Origin: an uncultured Bacteroidota bacterium
GTDB lineage: Bacteria; Bacteroidota; Bacteroidia; Chitinophagales; Chitinophagaceae
Direction of reading: 5' to 3'
Assembly (NCBI GenBank): GCA_903862505.1
Contig: CAIOYQ010000054.1
Span: 1-60,217 of the forward strand
DNA: 60,217 bases
A model generated the notes under the pieces. The model saw only the letters and a program-made list of their open reading frames with translations. It was not told the DNA's origin and made no database searches. A program made the translations under genes and the position numbers. Shown piece by piece: positions 8,385 to 19,555 of the stretch (the first letter of the stretch is position 1; each line of letters begins with the position of its first letter).

Positions 8385-10259
8385 ATGCAAAAAGGTCAAA
8401 TACGCGTTCAAACGGAGAATATTTTTCCGATTATTAAGAAGTTCCTTTACAGTGATCACGAAATCTTTTTACGTGAGTTAGTGAGTAATGCGGTAGATGC
8501 TGCTCAGAAACTTAAAACCTTACATGGTAAGGGAGAAGCCAAAGGAGATTTAGGTGCATTAAAAGTAGAAGTGGTTTTAGATGCCAAAGAAAAAACAATC
8601 TCTATTATTGATAACGGTGTAGGGATGTCTGGCGAAGAAGTGGACAAATATATTAATCAAGTGGCCTTTAGTGGCGCCGAAGAATTTGTAACCAAATACA
8701 AGGACGCAAGTATTATTGGACATTTTGGATTAGGATTTTATAGCTCATTTATGGTGAGTAGTAAAGTAGATATTTATTCAAAAAGCCATACAGGAGCGCC
8801 AGGTGTTTTTTGGAGTTGTGACGGCAGCACCGAATATGAATTATACGAAGTAGATTATAGCAATAGAGGTACAAAAATTGTATTGCATATTAACGAGGAG
8901 AGTGCCGAGTTTTTAGATGCACATCGTGTTAAAGGAATATTAGAACGTTTTTGTAAGTTCTTACCGGTTGGCATTTATTTTACCGACGCCAATGCAATAA
9001 AGCCCGAGACAAAGACCGAAGGTGATCCAGAAATTGCAGAAGAAGTTGCTAAGCCCATCAATAATACCAACCCTTTATGGGTGCGTAAGCCTTCGGAATT
9101 GACCAAGGAGGATTATGAAAATTTCTACAAGGAATTATATCCTTTTGGAGAAACTCCATTGTTTTGGATTCATTTAAATGTGGATTATCCATTTAATTTA
9201 ACAGGTATTTTATATTTCCCTAAAATCAAACAGAGCTTTGAAATACAAAAAGACAAGATTCAATTGTATTGCAATCAAGTATTTGTAACGGATGAAGTTA
9301 AGGATATTGTACCTGAGTTTTTAATGTTATTGCATGGTGTTATTGACAGTCCAGATATTCCTTTAAACGTGAGTCGTAGCTATTTGCAAGGCGACCCCAA
9401 TGTTAAAAAGATAAATGCGCATATCACTAAAAAGGTAGCGGATAAATTAGAAGAAATTTTCAACAATGATCGTAAGTCATTTGAAGACAAATGGGAAAGC
9501 TTAGGATTATTTGTAAAGTATGGAATGATTACCGATGATAAATTTTTAGAAAAAGGGAATAAGTTTTTGATTTTGGAAGACGCTGCAGAAAAAGGCAAGT
9601 TCTATACTTTAGACGAGTATAAAACTACGACTGAGTCGACTCAAAAAAATAAAGACGGCAAGCAAGTTTTATTATATACTACGAATCCAGTTCAACAGGA
9701 TGCGTTCATTCAAGCTGCGGTGGGTAAGGGGTATAAAGTGGTGAAATTAGAAACCATGGTGGATGCTGCATTCATTAATAATGTTGAAATGAAATGGGAG
9801 GGTGTTCAGTTTGTGCGTGTAGACGCGGATGTAGTGGACAATTTAATTGATAAACAAGAAAACGTAGATTCTGTTTTAAGTAAAGAGGAAGTAGAACAAG
9901 CAAAAAACTTATTTGAATTCCAGGTACCTGATATTACATTAACCGTTGAAGTGAAAGGCTTGAGTGCCGAAGCAGCGCCAGTGATTGCTACGCGCCCCGA
10001 ATTTATGCGTCGTATGAAAGACATGGCTAGCATGGGCGGCGGTGGGATGACTGCTTTTTATGCGCAAATGCCGGATGAGGTGCATTTAACCATTAACGGG
10101 AATCATCCTATTTATCAAGCACTATTAAAAGAGACAGATTTGGAAAAGCAACAAAAGCAGGCGCGTAATTTAGCCGACTTAGCTCTATTGTCCCAGGGTT
10201 TATTAACCGGAGCGGAGCTAACTAATTTTATTAATCGAAGTGTTGACTTACTGAAATAA
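8385..10259 (+). CDS. htpG: Molecular chaperone HtpG (Hsp90)
   Basis: YSDHEIFLRELVSNA, DNGVGM, IGHFGLGFYS, DSPDIPLNVSRS; start moved to ATG at 8385. Confidence 0.97.
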   Translation: MQKGQIRVQTENIFPIIKKFLYSDHEIFLRELVSNAVDAAQKLKTLHGKGEAKGDLGALKVEVVLDAKEKTISIIDNGVGMSGEEVDKYINQVAFSGAEEFVTKYKDASIIGHFGLGFYSSFMVSSKVDIYSKSHTGAPGVFWSCDGSTEYELYEVDYSNRGTKIVLHINEESAEFLDAHRVKGILERFCKFLPVGIYFTDANAIKPETKTEGDPEIAEEVAKPINNTNPLWVRKPSELTKEDYENFYKELYPFGETPLFWIHLNVDYPFNLTGILYFPKIKQSFEIQKDKIQLYCNQVFVTDEVKDIVPEFLMLLHGVIDSPDIPLNVSRSYLQGDPNVKKINAHITKKVADKLEEIFNNDRKSFEDKWESLGLFVKYGMITDDKFLEKGNKFLILEDAAEKGKFYTLDEYKTTTESTQKNKDGKQVLLYTTNPVQQDAFIQAAVGKGYKVVKLETMVDAAFINNVEMKWEGVQFVRVDADVVDNLIDKQENVDSVLSKEEVEQAKNLFEFQVPDITLTVEVKGLSAEAAPVIATRPEFMRRMKDMASMGGGGMTAFYAQMPDEVHLTINGNHPIYQALLKETDLEKQQKQARNLADLALLSQGLLTGAELTNFINRSVDLLK

Positions 10260-10262
10260 GAT

Positions 10263-10292
10263 AAGGTGGCTCCTATAGGGGCCACTTTTTTT
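10263..10292 (+). terminator. Intrinsic terminator between convergent htpG and recJ
   Basis: GTGGCTCC-tata-GGGGCCAC followed by T7. Confidence 0.85.
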
Positions 10293-11988
10293 ATGTAGTG
10301 GGTTTAACGTCTATCACTTGCATTTGCACCGACTGCGTGCCTTGCCATTCGTTTAATTGCAATTGAAACACGACATCAAAGGGTTTGCCAGACTTGACAA
10401 TATTTAAATGTTCCGGCATATTATAACCAATGCCGCGCACATTGGATTTCCCCTGCGTAACACTAAAGCTGATGTGTTGTTCTTTTACCAATTTTGTATA
10501 ACCTGTATCGAAGACGCCTTTAGCAATAAAAATTGGGCGCATATTTTCTGGTCCAAAGGGTTCCATTTGTGCAATGATATTAAAAAAGTGCAAACCTATT
10601 TCATCTAAAGGGAGGTCCGCATTAATCGTAATTTCAGGAGTTAATTGTTCCTCGGTTATACGAGCGGCTACGGCTTGTTCAAATGCAATTTTAAATCCTT
10701 CGAGTGCATCTACAGACATGGTCATTCCTGCAGCGGCAAAGTGACCGCCATAACCAATTAAATGCGCTCGGCATGCATGCAATGCTTCATATAAATTAAA
10801 TCCATTTACACTTCTTGCACTTCCTGCAATTACATCACCGCTTTGAGTAAGTACAATGGTGGGTTTGTAATACTTTTCAATTAATCTACTTGCTACAATG
10901 CCCACCACGCCTTTGTGCCAATGGGGTTGAAAAACAACGGTGGATTTTTTAGCAGAATGCGAGTGGTCGTCTTCTATTTGTGCTAAAGCTTCTTCTGTAA
11001 TGGTGGTGTCGGCTTCCCGACGATCTAAATTATCTTGTTGTAATACCGATCCAAATGCCAATGCTTTTTCGTAATCGGGTTCAATAAATAAGTGAACTGC
11101 TTTTTTTGCATCGTCCATTCGTCCGGCAGCATTAATACGCGGGGCTACTGCAAATACTAAATTAGTAATGCGCATCGGTCCTGACTGTTTTGCCAACTCC
11201 ATCAATGCTTTTAAGCCTTGGGAAGGGTTATCATTTACTTTTTGAACACCAAAAAAAGCCAGTGTTCTATTTTCATCCGTGATGGGGACAATGTCAGCAG
11301 CAATAGCCGTTGCTACTAGATCTAAATATTGCAAATAAGATTCGGCAGGCAAATTGTATTCCTGTGCCAAAGCGGTAATTAATTTAAATACAACACCACA
11401 ACCGCATAATTCTTTATAAGGATAAGTACAATCCACTTGCTTTGCATTTAATATTGCCACGGCTGGCGGTAATATCTCATCAGGCAAGTGGTGGTCGCAA
11501 ATAATAAAATCCATACCTAAGGATGTAGCATAGGTTATAAGTTCGGTGGATTTAATGCCACAGTCTACAGAAATAATTAAGTCAAAATTATTTTCCTTTG
11601 CAAAATCAATTCCAATTTTTGAAATACCATATCCTTCTTTATATCTGTGTGGAATATAATAATCAATGTGAGGCGACAGCTGTTTTAAAAACTGGAATAA
11701 GGTGGCTACCGAAGTGGTTCCGTCTACATCATAGTCTCCAAAGACTAATATTTTTTGGTTTGCGGTGATGGCTTCTCTAATGCGGTCTGCCGCTTTGCGC
11801 ATGTCTTTCATAAGCCATGGATCGTGCAAGTGATCAAGGCTTGGTCTGAAAAATTGTTTGGCTGCTTCAAAATCACTGATACCTCTTTGTACAAGTAATT
11901 CGCAAAGAATGGGATGTATTTTAAGCGCCTCTTTTAAAGCGCCCACTTTTGCAGGATCTGCTGATATAAGGTTCCATCTTTTTTCCAT
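10291..11988 (-). CDS. recJ: Single-stranded-DNA exonuclease RecJ
   Basis: GDYDVDG, EGYG, VDCG, DHH, PRINAAGR, GSARS, GGHFAAAG, EPFG. Confidence 0.97.
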   Translation of the reverse strand: MEKRWNLISADPAKVGALKEALKIHPILCELLVQRGISDFEAAKQFFRPSLDHLHDPWLMKDMRKAADRIREAITANQKILVFGDYDVDGTTSVATLFQFLKQLSPHIDYYIPHRYKEGYGISKIGIDFAKENNFDLIISVDCGIKSTELITYATSLGMDFIICDHHLPDEILPPAVAILNAKQVDCTYPYKELCGCGVVFKLITALAQEYNLPAESYLQYLDLVATAIAADIVPITDENRTLAFFGVQKVNDNPSQGLKALMELAKQSGPMRITNLVFAVAPRINAAGRMDDAKKAVHLFIEPDYEKALAFGSVLQQDNLDRREADTTITEEALAQIEDDHSHSAKKSTVVFQPHWHKGVVGIVASRLIEKYYKPTIVLTQSGDVIAGSARSVNGFNLYEALHACRAHLIGYGGHFAAAGMTMSVDALEGFKIAFEQAVAARITEEQLTPEITINADLPLDEIGLHFFNIIAQMEPFGPENMRPIFIAKGVFDTGYTKLVKEQHISFSVTQGKSNVRGIGYNMPEHLNIVKSGKPFDVVFQLQLNEWQGTQSVQMQVIDVKPTT

Positions 11989-12950
11989 TAGTAGGCGCGG
12001 TCGGTTGTGTAACGAACTAATTCTTCAAGTGCCGCTCTTGATGGACTTTCAGGGAAACTATATAAAATGGCAATGGCTTTGTCTCGGTATTCAATCATTT
12101 TTTGTGTTGCGTATTCAATGCCGCCATTGGCTACTACATTGTCAATAACGAATTTGACTTTCTTTTTATCGTTGTTATTATTTTTTACAATATTGATAAT
12201 CTCTTTTTTTAATCCTGGCTCCACCTTTTGTAAAATATGTATTAGCGGCAGGGTTAATTTTTTTTCTTTGATATCATTACCTGTTGGTTTCCCAATCACA
12301 GCGTCTCCATAATCGAATAAGTCGTCTTTAATTTGAAATGCCATCCCCACCATTTCGCCAAATTCACGCATTTTTTGAATAATAGATTCATCCTTGGTTA
12401 CAGAGGCAGCCCCTGCGCCACAACTAGATGAAAGTAAGCTGGCCGTTTTGCCATTGATAATTTCATAATATACCGACTCATCGAAATTTAAGTTTCTTGC
12501 TTTCTCCATTTGCAATAACTCTCCCTCGCTCATTTTTTTGACTGCATTAGATAAAATAGTCAATATTTCAAAGTCCTTGTTTTCAAGAGAAAGTAATAAT
12601 CCTTTTGACAATAAATAATCGCCAACCAATACTGCAATTTTATTTTTCCATAATGCATTAATGGAAAACATGCCTCTTCTTTCTAATGCATCGTCCACCA
12701 CGTCATCATGGACTAGGGTTGCAGTATGTAAAAGTTCCACCAAGCTTGCAGCACGATAGGAGGAGGGGGTGATTTCACCATGTAATTTAGCAGACAGCAA
12801 TACAAACATAGGTCGCATTTGCTTTCCTTTTCGCTTGACAATATATTGCATGATTCTGTCTAAGAGGGCCACCCTACTTTTAACAGCATCCTTAAAATGC
12901 TTTTCAAATTCATCCAGCTCTTTCCCTATAACTTCTTTTGCTAATTTCAT
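11988..12950 (-). CDS. Long-chain polyprenyl diphosphate synthase (IspB/HepT-like)
   Basis: GKQMRP, LVHDDVVD..RRG, KTA, FQIKDDLFD; its stop overlaps the recJ start (TAATG). Confidence 0.93.
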   Translation of the reverse strand: MKLAKEVIGKELDEFEKHFKDAVKSRVALLDRIMQYIVKRKGKQMRPMFVLLSAKLHGEITPSSYRAASLVELLHTATLVHDDVVDDALERRGMFSINALWKNKIAVLVGDYLLSKGLLLSLENKDFEILTILSNAVKKMSEGELLQMEKARNLNFDESVYYEIINGKTASLLSSSCGAGAASVTKDESIIQKMREFGEMVGMAFQIKDDLFDYGDAVIGKPTGNDIKEKKLTLPLIHILQKVEPGLKKEIINIVKNNNNDKKKVKFVIDNVVANGGIEYATQKMIEYRDKAIAILYSFPESPSRAALEELVRYTTDRAY

Positions 12951-12962
12951 GGGGTCCGTAGT

Positions 12963-13625
12963 TTAAGGGTTTAGCATGTTAAAATGTAAAGCCCCAAAAT
13001 TTTGTAAAGAGGAAAGTTTTAAATCGGCTGCACCCCAGTGCTCTAGCTTTATATCTTCGGCAGCGGGTACCACTACGCAAGTCATTCTTGCCGCTTTTGC
13101 AGCAATCATGCCGTAATAGGAATCTTCAAAACAGATACAAGCAAGTGGATTGGTATGCATTGCAGCCGCACAATCTAAATAAACTTGTGGATGTGGTTTT
13201 GCAAAAGGCAAATGCTGTGCCGAACAACTTGCATGTATGTAACTTCTAATACCTAATTTATCTTTTACCCATTCAATTAATTCTATCGGCGAGGAACTGG
13301 CTAAGCCCATTTTAAAATTTTGCTGTAAGAAAAATTCAAATACATGTTCTACGCCTGGCATTAAAGTAACTTCCTTATCAATGAGTTCAAGTGCTAATTC
13401 AATAATCCTTTTTTCGACAATTTCATTTTGACTAACGGGTACATTAAATTGATGTAACCAAAATGCGACAAATTCTTTCGATCTAAGTCCTGTCGTAATT
13501 GCATATTGTTGTTGCGTTAATATAACACCGTATTGTCTAAAAATTTCGGTCGCAGCTTTGTTCCACAAAGGCTCACTGTTAATTAACAATCCATCAATAT
13601 CAAAAATTACTGCCGACTTTTTCAT
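12963..13625 (-). CDS. HAD-superfamily phosphatase (HxpB/YniC-like)
   Basis: FDIDGLL, LASSS, KPHPQVY, FEDS motifs. Confidence 0.88.
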   Translation of the reverse strand: MKKSAVIFDIDGLLINSEPLWNKAATEIFRQYGVILTQQQYAITTGLRSKEFVAFWLHQFNVPVSQNEIVEKRIIELALELIDKEVTLMPGVEHVFEFFLQQNFKMGLASSSPIELIEWVKDKLGIRSYIHASCSAQHLPFAKPHPQVYLDCAAAMHTNPLACICFEDSYYGMIAAKAARMTCVVVPAAEDIKLEHWGAADLKLSSLQNFGALHFNMLNP

Positions 13626-13679
13626 TGCCTAAAGATACAATATTTGTGCTATCTTGCACCTCTAACAATTGATTGTATA

Positions 13680-14441
13680 ATGACCTTATTTGATCGGTTA
13701 AAAAATATCAGAATTTTCCGCTCTATTATATATGGATTAGTAGGTTTGTTTACGTATCCAGGGCTTGCTTTATTTAATGTTATTAAAATTGAGGGGACCG
13801 AGCACTTAACCCATTTACCTAAGGAAAAAGTATTGTTTGTAAGTAATCATCAAACTTATTTTGGAGATGTAATTGCCTTTGTACATATTTTTTGTGCCTT
13901 CAAATGGCGCAAGTATAATAAATTAGGTATCCCTTATTATTTATTAAGTCCATTCACCAATCTTTATTTTGTGGCAGCGGAAGAAACCATGAATAATAGT
14001 TGGTTGTCCAGGTTGTTTAAATTAGGAGGCGCATTAACCGTAAAAAGAACTTGGAGAGCCGAGGGTATGGATGTAAGCCGAGAAAGAGATTCGGTGGATA
14101 CACAAAAAATTGATCAGGCATTGTCAAAAAGCTGGGTGATTACATTTCCGCAAGGAACCACAAAGCCTTTTGCCCCTGGCAGAAAAGGAACTGCACATAT
14201 CATTAAAAATAATAGACCAGTGGTGGTGCCCGTTGTAATCAATGGATTTTGGCGTGCATTCACAAAAAAAGGACTTACGTTTAAAAAAGTGGGTACTATA
14301 TTAACTGTACGTATTAAACCACCACTCAATATTGACTATAATGCGCCTGTAGAAGAAATTCTTTCACAAGTGATGGAAGCGATTGAGCAAAGCAAAGACT
14401 TTATGCTTAAGGGAAAGCATCATGCTTTAAAGGAAGCTTAG
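13680..14441 (+). CDS. Lysophospholipid acyltransferase (PlsC family)
   Basis: SNHQTYFGD (HX4D-like), FPQGT; start moved to ATG at 13680. Confidence 0.85.
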   Translation: MTLFDRLKNIRIFRSIIYGLVGLFTYPGLALFNVIKIEGTEHLTHLPKEKVLFVSNHQTYFGDVIAFVHIFCAFKWRKYNKLGIPYYLLSPFTNLYFVAAEETMNNSWLSRLFKLGGALTVKRTWRAEGMDVSRERDSVDTQKIDQALSKSWVITFPQGTTKPFAPGRKGTAHIIKNNRPVVVPVVINGFWRAFTKKGLTFKKVGTILTVRIKPPLNIDYNAPVEEILSQVMEAIEQSKDFMLKGKHHALKEA

Positions 14442-14953
14442 TCGTGTGTAAAAAACGCTTTTAATTCAGTAGCATCATCAGGTTTCATTTTTCCACCTAA
14501 TATCAATCTCATTTGACGACGTCTTAATGCGCCATCATAATATTTAATTTCCTCTTCGCTTTCTGCAATAATTTCAGGTACTTTTTTAGGATGCTTATTT
14601 TCGTCTAATGCAACAAAAGTAAAAAACGCTTCATTACTCAATACCCTTGTTTGTGAAATCATATTTTGATTCCACACTTTTAAATGTATTTCCATAGACG
14701 TATTAAACGCGCGCGTAACAATGGCTTCTATACAAATCACATTTCCTAATTTAATAGGGGTCTTAAAACTAATATTATCTACCGATGCAGTCATTGCTGC
14801 CGAGTTACAATGCTTTGCAGCAGAAAGGTACGCTGCAATATCCATCCAATACATAAGTTTACCTCCCATTAAGTCGCCAAATGTGTTGGTATCGTTGGGC
14901 AAAACCAATTCGTTCATGGTGATAAATGAATCACTTGCTTTTCTTGCTTCCAT
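14438..14953 (-). CDS. Acyl-CoA thioesterase (hotdog fold)
   Basis: VLPNDTN..LMGGKLMYWMD, TASVD, TSME, FTFVALD. Confidence 0.92.
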   Translation of the reverse strand: MEARKASDSFITMNELVLPNDTNTFGDLMGGKLMYWMDIAAYLSAAKHCNSAAMTASVDNISFKTPIKLGNVICIEAIVTRAFNTSMEIHLKVWNQNMISQTRVLSNEAFFTFVALDENKHPKKVPEIIAESEEEIKYYDGALRRRQMRLILGGKMKPDDATELKAFFTHD

Positions 14954-14985
14954 ACTTTGTAATTATATTTCAAATATACAACTAC

Positions 14986-16089
14986 TTATACAACGCAGTG
15001 CTCAAGTTTTGAAAGATAATCTGGATCTACATCCGCACCATGTCCCGGCGTTTCGCCAATGCTTAAGTGCATTCCTTTAAATTGGACGCCGCCTATTATA
15101 GGGTCCACCAAATGGCCTAATAAACAAGTGTCCATATCATAGTATTTAACATGCTCATGTGCCATGGCAAAGTGCATTTTGGCACTTAAAGCTAAACGGC
15201 TTTCTAGCATACCACCCATCATACAAGCCATCTTATTTTCACCAGCAATGGATTGTATTTTAATGGCTTCTTGAATGCCGCCACTTTTCGAAAATTTAAT
15301 ATTGATTAAATGACATGCTTTATTGGCAATTAGTTTTCGTGCATCATGATGCGTAAAAACGGACTCATCAGCCATAATAGGTATCGGGGAAGCGGCACAT
15401 AAAGCGGGTAGGTAGTCGTCATAATATTTATGCATGGGCTGCTCGCAAAATTCTATATCAAATTGAGAAAGGCTTTTTAAAACCGGCAGTGCATCCTCTT
15501 TGGACCATCCCTGATTTGCGTCAATTCTTAATTTAAGGTCACTGCCAATGGCGGTTCTTATTTTTTGTATTCTTTCAATATCTATTGCAGGCTCTTTTCC
15601 TAACTTAACTTTTATCATGGTAACGCCCTTTTCTTTAAATTCAATGGCTTGTTCTGCCATTTTTTCGGGGCTATCTATGCCAATGGTTAAGTCCGATTCA
15701 ATGGCCTTTTGTTTGCCTCCCAAAAATGCATACAATGGTTGGTTGGCAGCTTTAGCGGCAATATCATACAGGGCAATATCAAAAGCACTTTTAATGGTAT
15801 AATTGCCGGCTATGATTTTATCTAACTCTGCAAGTCTTGTTTGTATTTCTAAAGGATTTTTTCCTTTCCAAAATGCAGCAAAATCTTTCGCATGATGGTA
15901 ACAACTGGTCTGCGTTTCTCCAACAATCATTGGAAAGGCAGAACACTCGCCAAGTCCAATGATACCCTCATTGGTATGTATTTTAATAAGCACATTCTGC
16001 GCAAATTCCATGGTCCCCGTGGCAATGGTAAATGGTACCATGGGTATTTTAAACATGTAAATCTCTGTCTTCGTAATTTTCAAATCCAT
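14986..16089 (-). CDS. Dipeptide (L-Ala-D/L-Glu) epimerase, enolase superfamily
   Basis: KVKLG, RIDANQGW, EQP, ADES, NIK..KSGG; start moved to ATG at 16089. Confidence 0.85.
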   Translation of the reverse strand: MDLKITKTEIYMFKIPMVPFTIATGTMEFAQNVLIKIHTNEGIIGLGECSAFPMIVGETQTSCYHHAKDFAAFWKGKNPLEIQTRLAELDKIIAGNYTIKSAFDIALYDIAAKAANQPLYAFLGGKQKAIESDLTIGIDSPEKMAEQAIEFKEKGVTMIKVKLGKEPAIDIERIQKIRTAIGSDLKLRIDANQGWSKEDALPVLKSLSQFDIEFCEQPMHKYYDDYLPALCAASPIPIMADESVFTHHDARKLIANKACHLINIKFSKSGGIQEAIKIQSIAGENKMACMMGGMLESRLALSAKMHFAMAHEHVKYYDMDTCLLGHLVDPIIGGVQFKGMHLSIGETPGHGADVDPDYLSKLEHCVV

Positions 16090-16176
16090 GGCGATTAATT
16101 TGTATGATTTTAAAGGTACTATTTCTTTGTCATTCCCATTTTCCAACCGATATTTGCAATACGAACCAATGTTAGC

Positions 16177-17367
16177 ATGAACCTATCTTTTGACAATACC
16201 CAAAATGCTTTTGCATACAAAAGTACTCCTGATTTAAAGAAAGCAAAATTTTTAATAAGTGTGATTCAAAATCCATTGATGGTATCGCTTGCAACGAAAG
16301 TGACGCCCTTCTTAATGAAAATGGGTTTTCCAATCAATGGGATTTTAAGAAATACGGTGTTTAAGCAATTTGTAGGCGGTGAAACTTTGGAAGAGTCGGC
16401 AAGAACAGCAAAATTATTAGGTTCTTATGATGTACAAGTTATTTTGGATTATGGGGTAGAAGCAAAAGAGGGAGAGTCTAATTTTGATGACGTGACGTCA
16501 CATATTATTGAAGCGATTGACTTTGCAGCAACACAAAATAATATTCCATTTATAAGTGTTAAAATAACCGGTATTGCAAGTCATATTTTATTAGAACATT
16601 TAAATGAAGCCCCCCGATTAAGAAGCGGTATACATGATAGTGAGTCTGAAAATGCAGCATGGGAAAGGGTTAGAGAAAGGATGTATGCTATTTGTGATGT
16701 TGCACAAGAAAAAGGAGTGGGTATTTTATTAGATGCAGAAGAAACATGGATACAAGATCCTATCGATCGTTTAGCGATTGAATTGATGAAAGAATACAAC
16801 AAAGAAAAAGTAGTTATTTATAATACCTATCAATTATACAGAAACGATCGTTTACTTTTTTTACAATTATCACATAGGTTAGCAAAAGAAGGTGGATTTT
16901 TGTTGGGGGCAAAATTGGTGCGTGGTGCATATATGGAAAAGGAAAGAGATCGTGCCATAAAATTAGGGTATGCATCTCCTATACATCTTAACAAGGAAGC
17001 AACCGATAAAGATTTTGATGCAGCAGCCACTTATTGTATAAGCAACAAAGACACTATTTCATTGTTACTGGCTACACATAATGAGGCTAGCAATATCGCA
17101 ATTGCTACCGCCATGACTAATTTATCCTTTGAGAAAAATGACCAACATGTTCATTTTTCTCAGTTATTTGGGATGGGGGATCACATCACATTTAATATGG
17201 CAGTACAAGGGTATAATGTTAGTAAATATTTGCCTTTTGGGCCCATCAATGAAGTCATCCCGTATTTAATGCGCAGGGCCGAGGAAAATACAAGCGTAAA
17301 TGGCCAAACCAATAAGGAATTGGTACTATTAAAGACAGAATTGGCAAGGCGAAAGTCAACCAAATAA
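16177..17367 (+). CDS. Monofunctional proline dehydrogenase
   Basis: FVGGE, LDAEE, TYQLY, KLVRGAYMEKE, ATHN, QLFGM, YLMRRAEEN. Confidence 0.93.
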   Translation: MNLSFDNTQNAFAYKSTPDLKKAKFLISVIQNPLMVSLATKVTPFLMKMGFPINGILRNTVFKQFVGGETLEESARTAKLLGSYDVQVILDYGVEAKEGESNFDDVTSHIIEAIDFAATQNNIPFISVKITGIASHILLEHLNEAPRLRSGIHDSESENAAWERVRERMYAICDVAQEKGVGILLDAEETWIQDPIDRLAIELMKEYNKEKVVIYNTYQLYRNDRLLFLQLSHRLAKEGGFLLGAKLVRGAYMEKERDRAIKLGYASPIHLNKEATDKDFDAAATYCISNKDTISLLLATHNEASNIAIATAMTNLSFEKNDQHVHFSQLFGMGDHITFNMAVQGYNVSKYLPFGPINEVIPYLMRRAEENTSVNGQTNKELVLLKTELARRKSTK

Positions 17368-17446
17368 GTAAGTTTTTATTTTTCACAGCTTCTCCCCATC
17401 TCTTTAAAATGTTTCCTATTAAGAGGCAATGGTTGTAAATTGCAGC

Positions 17447-18241
17447 ATGCAACAATATCTGACTTTATTAAAACATATTTTAGAAGAAGGCACGCAAAAA
17501 ACAGATCGTACAGGTACGGGTACCAAAAGCTGTTTTGGATATCAAATGCGTTTTAACCTTGCCGATGGATTTCCTTTAGTGACTACTAAGAAAGTGCATT
17601 TAAAAAGTATCGTTTATGAATTATTGTGGTTCCTAAATGGAGATACCAATATTAAATATTTAAAGGACAATGGTGTTCGTATTTGGGATGAGTGGGCAGA
17701 TGCGAATGGTGACTTAGGTCCCGTGTATGGAAAGCAATGGAGAAGTTGGGAAGGTGCCAATGGTGTGGTGGTAGATCAAATTACGGAGCTTATTGAGCAA
17801 ATTAAAAAGACACCAGATAGTAGACGATTAATTGTGAGTGCATGGAATGTGGGTGATTTGAAAAAGATGGCTTTGATGCCCTGTCACAATATGTTTCAAT
17901 TTTATGTGGCCGACGGAAAATTAAGTTGTCAATTATATCAACGTAGTGCCGACGTATTTTTAGGCGTGCCATTTAACATTGCTTCCTATGCCTTGTTAAC
18001 TATGATGATTGCGCAGGTTTGTGGGTTACAATATGGCGATTTTGTACACAGCTTTGGAGATGTGCATTTATATAATAATCACTTTGAGCAAGCTCATTTG
18101 CAATTATCAAGAACGCCATTTCATTTGCCAACGATGAAAATAAACCCGGAAGTGAAAGATATTTTTTCTTTCAAATTTGAGGATTTCACACTTGAAAATT
18201 ACGAATGTCATCCAGGAATTAAAGCACCCGTTGCTGTATAA
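17447..18241 (+). CDS. thyA: Thymidylate synthase
   Basis: [39 protein letters not shown]; start moved to ATG at 17447. Confidence 0.98.
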   Translation: MQQYLTLLKHILEEGTQKTDRTGTGTKSCFGYQMRFNLADGFPLVTTKKVHLKSIVYELLWFLNGDTNIKYLKDNGVRIWDEWADANGDLGPVYGKQWRSWEGANGVVVDQITELIEQIKKTPDSRRLIVSAWNVGDLKKMALMPCHNMFQFYVADGKLSCQLYQRSADVFLGVPFNIASYALLTMMIAQVCGLQYGDFVHSFGDVHLYNNHFEQAHLQLSRTPFHLPTMKINPEVKDIFSFKFEDFTLENYECHPGIKAPVAV

Positions 18242-18252
18242 TAACAATCAAC

Positions 18253-18744
18253 ATGAATATAACCCTTGTAGTAGCAGCCTCCCTTAATAATGCCATTGGT
18301 AAAGACAATCAATTGCTTTGGCATTTGCCTAAGGATATGCGGTTTTTTAAAAATACTACTTGGGCATTACCCATTTTAATGGGTCGAAAAACTTTTGAAT
18401 CTATGGGTAGTAAATTATTGCCTGGCAGATTAAATATTATTTTGACTACACAACAGGATTTAAAAATAGAAGGCGCCCAAGTGGTCAATACGATGGAACA
18501 AGCCATAGATTTAGCGAATAAAAAAGATTACAAAGAACTCATGGTAATTGGGGGTGGACAGGTTTATGAAATAGCTTTGCCATTGGCCAATAAAGTTTGG
18601 TTAACAAGGGTGCATACTACCATTGATGGGGATACATTTTTCCCTGTTTTAGGAACTGAATGGGAAAAGCAATCAACCGAAACAAATCATGCCGACGAAA
18701 AGCACGCATTTGATTTTGATTTTGAATGTTGGCAAAGAAAATAA
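18253..18744 (+). CDS. folA: Dihydrofolate reductase
   Basis: IGKDNQLLW..D, MGRKTFES, LPGR, IGGGQVY, GDTFFP. Confidence 0.97.
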   Translation: MNITLVVAASLNNAIGKDNQLLWHLPKDMRFFKNTTWALPILMGRKTFESMGSKLLPGRLNIILTTQQDLKIEGAQVVNTMEQAIDLANKKDYKELMVIGGGQVYEIALPLANKVWLTRVHTTIDGDTFFPVLGTEWEKQSTETNHADEKHAFDFDFECWQRK

Positions 18745-18747
18745 TTT

Positions 18748-19545
18748 ATGTATTCATCGCTCACATTGCTCAAAAAATATGTACAGTATTTAATTCAATC
18801 TGAGAATGGCAAAGGACATGGCGTGCATTCTCCCTTTGTATTTACTTTTATTAAAGAAGTGTTGAATAAGAAGGAGATCACGCCTCTCGCATCCAAAATT
18901 GAAGTACGCAGAAAAGCATTAAAAGAAAATACACAAAAAATTGAAGTGTGGGACAGAGGTGCAGGTTCAAGACAAACAGATCATACGGAAAGATCCATTC
19001 AGCAAATTGCTAAAGCAGCGTTAAAGCCAAAAAAGTATAGCCAATTACTGCATAAAATTGTTGCTTATTATCAACCTGCTCATATTGTAGAAATGGGCAC
19101 TTCCTTAGGCATCACTACTTGCTACTTAGCAGCGGGCAATGTAAACGCAAAGATGGTAACATTGGAAGGTGCTCCTAATGTAGCTGCCATTGCCAAAGAA
19201 ACTTATAATGCAGTGGGGTTGCAACATATTGAATTGTTGGAGGGGGACTTTAACAATACACTTCCCGAATATATTGGCAAATTGGATCAAATTGGGTTAG
19301 CCTATGTAGACGGGAATCATAGGTATGCGCCCACTGTACAGTATTTTAATAGCCTACTTGAAAAATCGAATGAAGATTCGGTGCTCATTTTTGATGATAT
19401 TCATTGGAGTGCGGAAATGGAAAAAGCTTGGGCCGAAATAAAAGCACATCCATCGGTTACCTTAACCATTGATTTATTTTTTATTGGGTTGGTATTTTTG
19501 AGAAAAGCGCAGAAAGAAAAAGAACATTTTATCATTAGATATTAA
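18748..19545 (+). CDS. Class I SAM-dependent (O-)methyltransferase
   Basis: GHGVHSPFV, EMGTSLG, VDGNH, FDDIHWS. Confidence 0.85.
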   Translation: MYSSLTLLKKYVQYLIQSENGKGHGVHSPFVFTFIKEVLNKKEITPLASKIEVRRKALKENTQKIEVWDRGAGSRQTDHTERSIQQIAKAALKPKKYSQLLHKIVAYYQPAHIVEMGTSLGITTCYLAAGNVNAKMVTLEGAPNVAAIAKETYNAVGLQHIELLEGDFNNTLPEYIGKLDQIGLAYVDGNHRYAPTVQYFNSLLEKSNEDSVLIFDDIHWSAEMEKAWAEIKAHPSVTLTIDLFFIGLVFLRKAQKEKEHFIIRY

Positions 19546-19555
19546 ATCATACTCA